Assembly: GCA_030390025.1 (NCBI GenBank)
Contig: JASTWF010000363.1
Span: 248,001 to 312,000 of the forward strand
DNA from: Squalus acanthias
Taxonomy: Eukaryota
Reading direction: 5' to 3'
Length of the DNA stretch: 64,000 nucleotides
Part shown: positions 12,249-22,539 of the stretch, piece after piece
Layout of the letters: each line of letters starts with the position of its first letter
Position numbering within the stretch: the first letter of the stretch is position 1
The notes under the pieces: model-generated
Seen by the model: the letters and a program-made list of their open reading frames with translations, nothing else
The model's database searches: none
Told to the model about the DNA's origin: nothing
Made by a program: the position numbers and the translations under genes

Positions 12249-13684
12249 TTAGCATGACTTCCTTGTTTTTGTATTCAATGCCCCTATTGACAAAGCCAAC
12301 TATCCCATACACTTTCTTACCTGCCTTATCAACTTGCCCTGCCACGTTCAAAGATTTGAGAATATGCACCACCAGGTCCCTCTGTTCTTGTTTTCACGTG
12401 TCTATGTCCTCCTAAAGTCTACTATTCTCCTCACTATTTACTACGTTGCAAAGTTTTGCAACATCCGCAAACTTTGAAATTGTACTCCCTATACCCAAGT
12501 CCAGGTCATTTATATATAAGAAAAGCAATGGTCCTAATACCAATCCCTGGGGGACCGCACTCCATACTTCTCGCTAGTCAGAAAAACATCCGTTCACCAT
12601 TACTCTCTGCCTCCTATCCCTTAGCCAATTACGTACCCAAGTTACCACTGTCCCTTTAATCCCATGTACTTCTATTTTCCAAATAAGTCCATTATGTGGT
12701 ACTTTATCAAATGCATTTTGAAAATCCATATATACATCTACTGCACTATCTTCATCAACCTTCTCAGTTACTAAATCAAAGAACTCACTCGGGTTAGTCA
12801 GACATCATTTGCCTTTATCCAAAAATATTATAAACATATAAAAAGTAAAAGGATAGTTAAAGAAATGGTGGGGTCGATTTGGGACAAAGGAAATCTTCTC
12901 ATGGAGGCAGAGGGCATGACTGAGGTACTGAATGAGTACTTTGCATCTGTCTTCACAAAACAGAGGATGAAGTTAATATCGCAGTAAAGGAGGAGGGAGT
13001 AGAGATATTGAATAGGATAAAAATAGATGGAAAGGAAGTGCTAAATATGTTGGCATCACTCAACGTTAACAAGCCGTCCGATCCAGATGGGATGCATCCT
13101 AGGTTGCTGACAGAATCATACAATGGTTACAGCACAGAAGGAGGCCAGTTGGCCCATCGAGCCTGTGCTAGCTCTCTGCAAGAGCACTTCAGCTAGTCCT
13201 AGTCCCACTCCCCCGCCCTTTCCCCGTAACCCTGCAAATCTTTTTCCTTCAGGTATTTATCCAATTCCCTTTTGAAAGCCACGAAAGCCTCCACCACCCT
13301 TTCAGGCAGTGCATTCCAGATCCTAATCACTTGCTGCCTAAAAAAGTTTCTCCTCATGTCACCTTTGGTTCTTCTGCCAATCACCTTAAATCTGTGTCTT
13401 CTGGTTCTCAACCCGTCTGCCAATGGGAACAGTTTCTCTCTATCTACTCTGTCTAGACCCCACATGATTTTAAACAGCTCTATCAAATCTCCTCTCAACC
13501 TTCTTTGCTCTAAGAAGAACAACCCTCATCCCTGGAACCATTCTCGTCAATCTTTTCTGCACCCTCTCTAAGGCCTTCACATCCTTCCTAAAGTGCGGTG
13601 CCCAGAATTGGGCACAATACTCCAGTTGAGGCCGACCAGTGTTTTATAAAGGTTCATCATAACTTCCTTGCTTTTGTACTCTAT

Positions 13685-14328
13685 TGCGCATCCAACGACC
13701 AGAAGACTGGAACGCTATCAATCGCCGTGGGGCTGGGGGGGGGCGCTATTTAAAGGGGGCCTCTTCGTGTCTTTTATTGTTGGTGGCATTTTTGAACTAC
13801 GCATTCTGAGAGAGAGGGAGAGACTTCTGGAGAGATTCAACGTTGTGTGAAGGAGTTTTGGGTACTGAGCAGCACTTTGCAGGTTCATTTTGATTTGCCA
13901 TTCCTTGTATCGATTTAGCAGAGACTGTGGGAGCTGCACTCTGAGCTCTTTGCCTGGTACTCTCCATTGTTCTTTCCAGCACATTTGATGTGCAAGTCTC
14001 TCCAGGCCGAGATTCAAGGCAGCAATGAACAGGATGTGGATGGAAAGCAAGATTAACCATCCCCTTTAAGAACTGGCCCGTGCCATTGTGTGTGTGTTCC
14101 ATTGCTGACTGACATTACATGAGCTTCGCCAGCGCGCTGAGTTAGCGCCTCACTCCTTGGCCTTTGCGCCTTAAGACAGGTGTGCAGCGCCTGCTTTAGC
14201 GCTCCACTCACCTCCCGGGGCGGTAAAAGTGAAGTTTCCTGTCAGTGCCGATAATTAGCGCCAGGAGCTAATATTTGCGTCCAGACGATATTTGCGCCCC
14301 AAATGGGGCGCGACCTAATTTCTACCCC
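13685..14328 (-). mobile_element. One-ended copy of a Harbinger-like non-autonomous element
   Basis: Near-identical inverted copy of ~17745-18380; only one TIR (AATTTCTACCCC) is kept; flanked by TAT at 13682-13684 and 14329-14331. Confidence 0.85.
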
Positions 14329-16160
14329 TATGTCTCTAGTTATGAAGCCCAGGATCCCTTATGCTTTTTTTAACCACTTTCTCAACCTGCCCTGCCACCT
14401 TCAACGATTTGTGCACATATATCCCCAGGTCTCTCTGTTCATGCAACCCCTTTAGAATTGTACCCTTTAGTTTATATTGCCTCTCCTCGTTCTTCCTACC
14501 AAAATGTATCACTTCGCATTTTTCTGCATTAAATTTCATCTGCCATGTGTCCGCCTATTTCACCAGCCTGTCTGTCTTCTTGAAGTCTATCATTATCCTC
14601 CTCACTGTTCACTATACTTCCAAGTTTTGTGTCCTCTGCAAATTTTGGAATTGTGCCCTGTACACCCAAGTCCAAGTCATTAATATATATCAAGGAAAGC
14701 AGTAGTCCTAGTACCGACCCCTGGGGAACACCACTGTATACCTTCCTCCAGTCCGAAAAACAACCGTTCACCACTACTCTCTATTACCTGTCACTTAGCC
14801 AATTTTGTATCCATTCTGCCACTGTCCCTTTTATTCCATGGGCTTCAACTTTGCTGGCAAGCCTATTATGTGGCACTTTATCAACGGCTTTTGGAAGTCC
14901 ATGTACACCACGTCCACCGCATTGCCCTCATCAACTCTCTCTGTTACCTCATCAAAAAACTCGATATGTTAAACATGATATGCCTTTAACAAATCCGTGC
15001 TGGCTTTCCTTAATTAATCCACACTTGTCCAAGTGACTGTTAATTTTGTCCCTGATTATCGTTTCTAAAAGCTTCCCCACTACTGAGGTTAAACTGACTG
15101 GCCTGTAGTTGCTGGGTTTATCCTTGCACCCTTTTTTGAACAAGCAGAGTCTGGTGACTCGTTCTACTGGTTTTTCAGCTTTGCTGGTCGCTGGCTTGTG
15201 GTTTTAAATTTTCTCCACCACTTTGATCTACGGTGACCTCCAACTTTGCTATCATCTTTCTGCACCGCTACCGACTCTCATTCCTACAGCAACAACCTCC
15301 AACTCTCTACCCTTCAAATAGCTTCTGGACTTCACTCCCCTGCTATACCTGTCTCTGAATTTGGACAGCAGTTCTTCAATGTTCCGTGCTGACTCCATAC
15401 TGCTTACGTCAGCTTTGTCCCTCCATGGGACCACTGACTTTGACCCTGGTCTCCCTACTATTGTCTCCAACTTATTCCCTGCTACCAGGAAATATGTATC
15501 CCATTAATTACTACATAACCAGGCCTATGTAACCTGAGCTTTTCCCTGTATCCATTCGTGCGCGCACTTTGGCTGCTGCTCCGGACCCGAGCCGTTCATT
15601 TCTTTTTCCACTTTTTTCTCCCGCTTTTCCTTTTCTATCCCTCCCTGACCACTCTCTCCTGTCGTCATGCCTCCTTTCATCTCTCCGCTCTGATACGCTG
15701 CCCTCCCAAATCCCTACCCCAATCCTTCATTACTCTTCGACCTTCCGACTGTCTTGCCGCTGTCCCAGGCTTGACTCCCTCTTAGATAAGCCTACAGCTA
15801 CCCTCTGTGCCTCTCTTTGCATTCTACGAAGGGCCCATCGAGGCACTCGTCGCTGCCTCCTTACGAGCATCAACCCCAACTGCCCCATCCTACTCTCGCC
15901 GACCTTCCCGCCCAACGCGCCCACTGGGGGCTAATCTTGCCAATCTCCTCCCTGTCCAACTCACCCTTCCCAGCGTTGACCCTGTGGACGCTGGCAGTGG
16001 GTCAGCCATCGCCGACCCTCTCCGCATCTCCCTCCAGAATGTTCGTTCACTTGTGAACAAGGCCCTTGCCATCCATGAGGTTATCGTGGATGATTGCATC
16101 AACGTCCTGGCCCTGGCGGAAACTTGGCTGAAGGGTGATGACACCTTACCCTTAAATGAA

Positions 16161-16968
16161 TATAATGTGGAGAAATGTGAAGTTATCCACTTTGGTAGGA
16201 AAAATAGAAAAGCAGAGTATTTTTTAAATGGTGAGAGATTGGGAAATGTTGATGTTCAGAGGGACCTGGGTGTCCTTGTAAATAAACCACTGAAAGTTAA
16301 CATGCAGGTACAGCAAGCAATTAGGAAAGCAAATGGTATGTTGGCCTTTATTACAAAAGGATCTGAGTATAAGAGTAAAGACGTCTTACTGCAATTATAT
16401 AGGGCCCTGGTGAGACCACACCTGGAGTATTGTGTGCAGTTTTGGTCTCCTTACCAAAGGAAGGATATACTTGCCATAGAGGGAGTGCAACGAAGGTTCA
16501 CCAGACTGATTCCTGGGATGGGGGGATTGCCCTATGAGGAGAGATTGAGTAGACTAGGCCTATATTCTCTAGAGTTTAGAAGAATGAGAGGTGATCTCAT
16601 TGAAACATACAAAATTCTTACAGGGCTTGACAGGGTAGATGCAGGGAGGATGTTTCCCCTGGCTGGGAAGTCTAGAACCAGGGGTCACAGTCTCAGAATA
16701 AGGGGTCGGCCATTTAGGACTGAGATGAGGAGAAATTTCTTCACTCAGAGGGTGGTGAATCTTTGGAATTCTCCACCCCAGAGGGCTGTGGAGGCTCAGT
16801 CGTTGAGTATATTCAAGACAGAGATCAATAGATTTTTGAATATCATGGGATATGGGGATAGTGCAGGAAAGTGGAGATGAGGTAGAAGCTCAGCCATGAT
16901 CTTACTGAATGGTGGAGCAGGCTCAAAGGGCCAAATGGCCTACTCCTGCTCCTATTTCTTATGTTCTT
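16161..16968 (+). mobile_element. 5'-truncated CR1 inserted into the L2 endonuclease
   Basis: [12 protein letters not shown]...WNSPPQ, a 3' UTR with a (TTCTTATG)n tail, and TSD ATGAA at 16156-16160 and 16969-16973. Confidence 0.9.
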
Positions 16969-17271
16969 ATGAAGCCTCCCCTCCTGGCTATACCTTCCAC
17001 CACTTGCCGCGCTCAGACCACCGTGGTGGCGGTGTGGCTCTCATCACCAAATCACACCTTGGTCTGTCCCCCTACTCCTCCGGCACTTTCTCCTCCTTTG
17101 AGCATCGCACCTTATTCCACCCCCTCACCTCTCATTTAAAATTCTCGTTCTCTACCGCCCACCCAAGTACTATAAAAAAAATTACCGAGATACCTTCACT
17201 GCTTTCCTCCCTTAGCCTCTGCACCGAACGACTTCTCATCCTCGGTGATTTCAACCTCCATCTCAATTCAT

Positions 17272-18901
17272 AAGAACATAAGAAATAGGAGCAGGAGTAG
17301 GCCAATTGGCCCCTCGAGCCTGCTCCGCCATTCAATAAGATCATGGCTGATCTGATCCTAACCTCAAATCTAAAGAACACAAGAAGTAGGAGCAGGACCC
17401 GGCCACTCTGCCCCTGGGCCCGCTCCGCCACCCACAGGGCCCTGACCGATCCGAACTCAGCCTCATGTCCAATTTCCTGCCCGATCACCGTAACCCCTAA
17501 TTCCCTTTACCTCTAGTAAACTTATCTATTTCTGTTTTAAATTTATTTAATGATGTAGCTTCCACAGCTTCCTGGGGCAGCAAATTCCACAGACCTACTA
17601 CCCTCTGGGTGAAGAAGTTTCTCCTCATCTCAGTTTTGAAAGAGCAGCCCCTTATTCTAAGATTATACCCCCTAGTTCTAGTTTCACCCATCCTTGGGAA
17701 CATCCTTACCGCATCCACCCGATCAAGCCCCTTCACAATCTTATGGGGTAAAAATTAGGTCGCGCCCCATTTGGGGCGCAAATATCGTCTGGACGCAAAT
17801 ATTAGCGCCTGGCGCTAATTATCGGCACTGACTGGAAACTTCACTTTTACCGCCCCGGGAGGTGAGTGGAGCGCTAAAGCAGGCGCTGCACACCTGTCTT
17901 AAGGCGCAAAGGCCAAGGAGTGAGGCGCTACCTCAGAGCGCTGGCGAAGCTCATGTAATGTCAGTCAGCAATGGAACACAATGGCACGGGCCAGTTCTTA
18001 AAGGGGATGGTTAATCTTGCTTTCCATCCACATCCTGTTCATTGCAGCCTTGAATCTCGGCCTGGAGAGACTTGCACATCAAATGTGCTGGAAAGAACAA
18101 TGGAGAGTACCAGGCAAAGAGCTCAGAGTGCAGCTCCCACAGTCTCTGCTAAATCGATACAAGGAATGGCAAATCAAAATGAACCTGCAAAGTGCTGCTC
18201 AGTACCCAAAACTCCTTCACACAACGTTGAATCTCTTCAGAAGTCTCTCCCTCTCTCTCAGAATGCGTAGTTCAAAAATGCCACCAACAATAAAAGACAG
18301 GAAGAGGCCCCCTTTAAATAGCGCCCCCCCCAGCCCCACAGCGATTGATAGCGTTCCAGTCTTCTGGTCGTTGGATGCGCCAGGCGGTAAGGCAGGGGGC
18401 GCCACTCAATTTCTGCTCCGGGGCGCCACAAGGGCGTTGCACCATGGAATGACGTCACAATCTGCGCGCGCAGGTGGTCGCAGCGGTAAGTTTTAGCGCC
18501 GCCGCACAATCTCTAGTTAAGTTCCCGAGCGGCGCAAACATCGCTGCGCCCGGGCGTTAGCGGCTTTGCGCCCCATTAGCGCCCTCTTAAGGCGCTAACG
18601 GGAGGCGCAACCAACTGAATTTTTACCCCTATATGTTTCAATAAGATCGCCTCTCATTCTTCTGAACTCCAATGAGTAGAGTCCCAATCTACTCAACCTC
18701 TCCTCATATGTCCACCCCCTCATCCCCGGGATTAACCGAGTGAACCTTCTTTGTACTGCCTCGAGAGCAAGTATGTCTTTTCTTAAGTATGGACACCGAA
18801 ACTGTATGCAGTATTCCAGGTGCGGTCTCACCAATACCTTATATAACTGCAGCAATACCTCCCTGTTTTTATAATCTATCCCCCTAGCAATAAAAGCCAA
18901 C
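17272..18901 (-). mobile_element. 5'-truncated CR1-C inserted into the L2
   Basis: ORFs 17497-17736 and 18595-18903; TSD ATTCAT at 17266-17271 and 18902-18907. Confidence 0.9.
17745..18629 (+). mobile_element. Complete 885-bp non-autonomous DNA transposon (Harbinger-like MITE)
   Basis: Perfect 12-bp TIRs GGGGTAAAAATT / AATTTTTACCCC and 3-bp TSD TAT; removing it restores the CR1 sequence ACAATCTTATATGTTTC. Confidence 0.9.
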
Positions 18902-21900
18902 ATTCATCATGCTCTCTCTCCTCTGAGTTCACTAGCCTCCTATCCTCCCTTAATCTCTCCCTCCATGTAAACTTCCCAACCCATATTCACGGCCACCCCC
19001 TCGACCTTGCCATCTCTCGTGGCCTCGCTACTCCCATCATGTTAATCGCAGAGAAGACCAGCTGACTACTTCCTCATATCGCTCTCCACCCACATCCCCC
19101 TTCTTTCTCTGCCCCCCCCCCCACCAACCCTACTTCCTTCTGTGTCCACCCCTGGAAAAAACTCTCTCCCAACTCTCTTACAACTGCACTTACAAAATCC
19201 CAACTGTTTTTTGGCCCTCCATTCACCACAACATTTCTGCAGCTACCGATCTACTCAACCACACCCTCACCACCACCTTTGATGCCCAAGTCCCTATTAA
19301 AAATGGCTGTCACCCAGGCCGTTCCCCCTGGTACGGCCCTCATCTTCACTCCCTTAAGTCCAAGGGACGCAGACTTGAACGGATATGGCGGACACATAGT
19401 TTAGCCATTCACCGCCAGATCTGGCTGGACCACATAAAGCATTATCGGGTCCTGCTCTCGTCTGCCAAAATCGCTCACTATTCCAGAATCATTCTGGAAT
19501 GCAAAGATAAACCCTGGCTTCTATTCTCCACTGCTAACCGTCTTCTTAAACCCCTCTCCCCTGTCTCCTCCACCCTCACCTCCGACAACAAGTGTGAGGA
19601 GCTCATGGACTTCTTTGTCTCTAAGATTGAGACCATCTGTTCAGCTGCCTCTGCCACTTCCCTTCCTTCCCCATGACCACCGTGCAAAACTTCCTCTAAG
19701 GTTCCACCCGCCCCAGGCCTGAACTCGCATCTTTCTCCAGTTTCTCTCCAATCTCCCCTCATGACCTCTCCGCACTCATCATGTCCATGAGACCCACTTC
19801 CTGCTCCCTCGACCCTATTCCCACCAAACTGCTGACCACCCAACTTCCTTTTCTGGCTCCCATGTTAGCTGACATTGTGAACAGTTCTCTCTCCTCGGGT
19901 ACTGTCCCCCTCTCCCTCAAATCTGCCGTCATCACCGCTCTCCTCAAAAAACCAACCCTTGACCCCTCTGTCCTTGCAAATGACTGCCCCATCTCCAACC
20001 TCCCTTTCCTCTCCAAAGTCCTTGAACGTGTTGTCGCCTCCCAACTCCACGCCCATCTTTCCTGCAACTCCATGTTTGAATCCCTCCAATCAGGTTTCCA
20101 CCCCTGCCACAGTACCAAAATGGCTCTCATCAAGTGACATCCTTTGTGACTTTGACAAAGGTAAATTATCCGCCTTGTCCTTCTTGACTTGTCTGTAGCC
20201 TTTGACACGGTTGACCACTCCATCCTTCTCCAACGCCTCTCCACCGTCGTCCAGCTGGGTGGGACTGCACTCGCCTGGTTACATTCTTATCTATCTAATC
20301 GTAGCCAGAGAATCACCTGCAATGGCTTCTCTTGCTCCCGCATAGTTACCTCTGGTGTCCCCCAAAGATCTAGCCTTGGCCTCCTCCTATTTGTCATCTA
20401 CATGCTGCCCCTTGGCGACATCATCTGAAAACACAGTGTCAGTTTCCACATGTACGCTGACGACACCCAGCTCTACCTCACCACCACTTCTCTCGACCAC
20501 TCAGACTGCTTGTCTGACAAGCAAAAATTTCTCCAATTAAATATTGGGAAGACTGAGCCGTTTTCAGTCCCCGCCACGAACTCCGTTCCCTAGCCACTGA
20601 CTCCATCCCTCTCCCTAACATTTGTCTGAGGCTGAACCACTCTGTTCGCAACCTTGGTGTCATATTTGACCCTGAAATGAACGTCCAACCACATATCCGT
20701 GGCATAATTAAGACTGCCTATTTCCACCTCCGAAACATCGCCCTTGCCTCAGCTCATCTGCTGCTGAAACCCTCATTCATGCCTTTGTTACCTCTAGACT
20801 TGACTAGTCCAATGCACTCCTGGCTGGCCTCCCACCTTCTACCCTACGTAAACTTGAGGTCATCCAAAACTTGGCTGCCCGTGTCCTAACTCGCACCAAG
20901 TCCCGTTCACCCATCACCCCTGTGCTCGCTGACCTACATTGGCTCCCGGTTAAGCAACGCCTCGATTTCAAAATTCTCATCCTTGTTTTCAAATCCCTCC
21001 ATGGCCTCGCCCCTCCCTTTCTGTCTAATCTCCTCCAGCCCCACAACCACCCGAGATATCTGTGCTCCTCTAATTCTGCCCTCTTGAGTATCCCTGATTA
21101 TAATCGCTCAACCATTGGTGGCCGTGCCTTCTGTTGCCTAGGCCCTAAGCTCTGGAATTCCCTGCCAAAACCTCTCCGCCTCTCTACCTCTCTTTCCTCC
21201 TTTAAGACGCTCCTTAAAACCTACCTCTTTGTCATCGGCCCTAATTTCTCCTTATTTGGCTCGGTGTCAAATTTTTTTGTCTCATAATACTCCTGTGAAG
21301 CGCCGTGGGACGTTTTACTGTTGAAGGTGCTATATAAATACAAGTTGTTGCTGGTAAAGACAGATGCAAAGTACTCATTTTGTACCTCAGCTATGCCCTC
21401 TGCCTCCATGCGCAGGTCTCCTTTTTGGTCTCTAATCGGCCCTACCCCTCCTGTTACTGCCCATTTACTATTTATATGTCTATAGAAGACTTTTGAATTC
21501 CCTTTTATGTTAGCTGCCAATCTATTCTCATACTCTCTCTTTGCCCCTCTTATTTTCTTTTTACCTTCCCCTCTGAGCTTTCTATATTCAGCCTGATTCT
21601 CACTTGTATTCTCAACCTGACATCTGTCATAAACGCTCTTTTTCTGCTTCATCTTACTCTCTATCTCTTTTGTCATCCAGGGAGCTCTGACTTTGGTTGC
21701 CCTACCTTTCCCCCTCGTGGGAATGTACCTTGACTGTACCCAAACCATCTCCTGTTTAAAGGCAACCCATTGTTCGATTACAGTTTTGCCTGCCAATCTT
21801 TGATTCCAATTTACCCGGGGCAGATCCGTTCTCAACCCACTGAAATTGGCCTTCCTCCAATTAAGTATTTTTACTCTAGATTGCTCCCTGTCCTTTTCCA

Positions 21901-22539
21901 TAGCTAATCTAAACCTTATGATACTATGATCACTGTTCCCTAAATGTTCCCCTACTGACACTTGCGCCCCTTGACCCACCTCAATCCTCAGAAGTAAGAG
22001 TGGAGATAGCAGAAGCTCTGAGCACAATCTTTCAAACCTCCTTGGATGTGGGTGTGGTGCCAGGAGACTAGAGGATTACAAATGTTACACCACTATTCAA
22101 AAAAGGGAGAAAAATAAACCTGCTAACTACAGGCCAATCAATCTAACGTCAGTGGTTGGAAAACTACTAGAGACCATTGTCAAGGACAAAATTAATTCTC
22201 ACTTGGAGAAGCATGGGTTAATAAAGGACAGCCAATGGAATGCCATGGACTTCAGACAAGTGGTTATCATGCTGTTGATGGCACTCCTGTCATAAATGGT
22301 TCCACAGAGGTTGTGTCAATGGCAATGCTGTCATGTGAAAGAGCCTGAACACTTGTGCCTGTTTATAAGATACAATTTTCCATTTCTGGCTGTTGAGCTC
22401 TAAAATGTTGGCCACTGCTGATGCTGAGTATTTCAGAAGTTGAGCAAATTGTTTTGGAATGTAGATTGTTTGAGATTGTTAGAGATTAATTCAGATCAGT
22501 TCTGAATGTAGCTCAATTCAGATTAGGTGAGGAAGAAGG

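Larger units (their letters stand above)
15145..21350 (+). mobile_element. L2-type LINE (AP endonuclease plus RT, degenerate), interrupted by two CR1 insertions
   Basis: SLQNVRSL..ALAETWL, ILGDFNLH, SCSLDPIPTKLL, AFDTVDHSILL, HMYADDTQLY, ITPVLADLHWLPV; tail TATATAAATACAAGTTGTTG. Confidence 0.9.
13116..21988 (-). mobile_element. CR1-B (pieces 13116-13684, 14329-15144, 21351-21988)
   Basis: Colinear minus-strand ORF2 pieces (ORFs 13199-13522, 14529-14774, 14952-15143, 21221-22027); TSD CAGAA at 13111-13115 and 21989-21993. Confidence 0.85.
8980..22239. mobile_element. CR1-A: 5'-inverted (twin-primed) CR1 that hosts a nest of younger insertions; - strand part 8980-9541 plus 12249-12817, + strand part 12817-13115 plus 21989-22239
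   Basis: Segments rejoin across TSDs TTAGCATGACTT and CAGAA. The + part ends at LIKDSQ(H)G, about 5 nt before the (V)KGK where the - part begins. Confidence 0.75.

Noticed and set aside
17971..18496. ORFs of 99-159 aa inside the MITE (mirrored at 13718-14102)
   Set aside because: No transposase or Myb motifs; they recur only because the element is duplicated.
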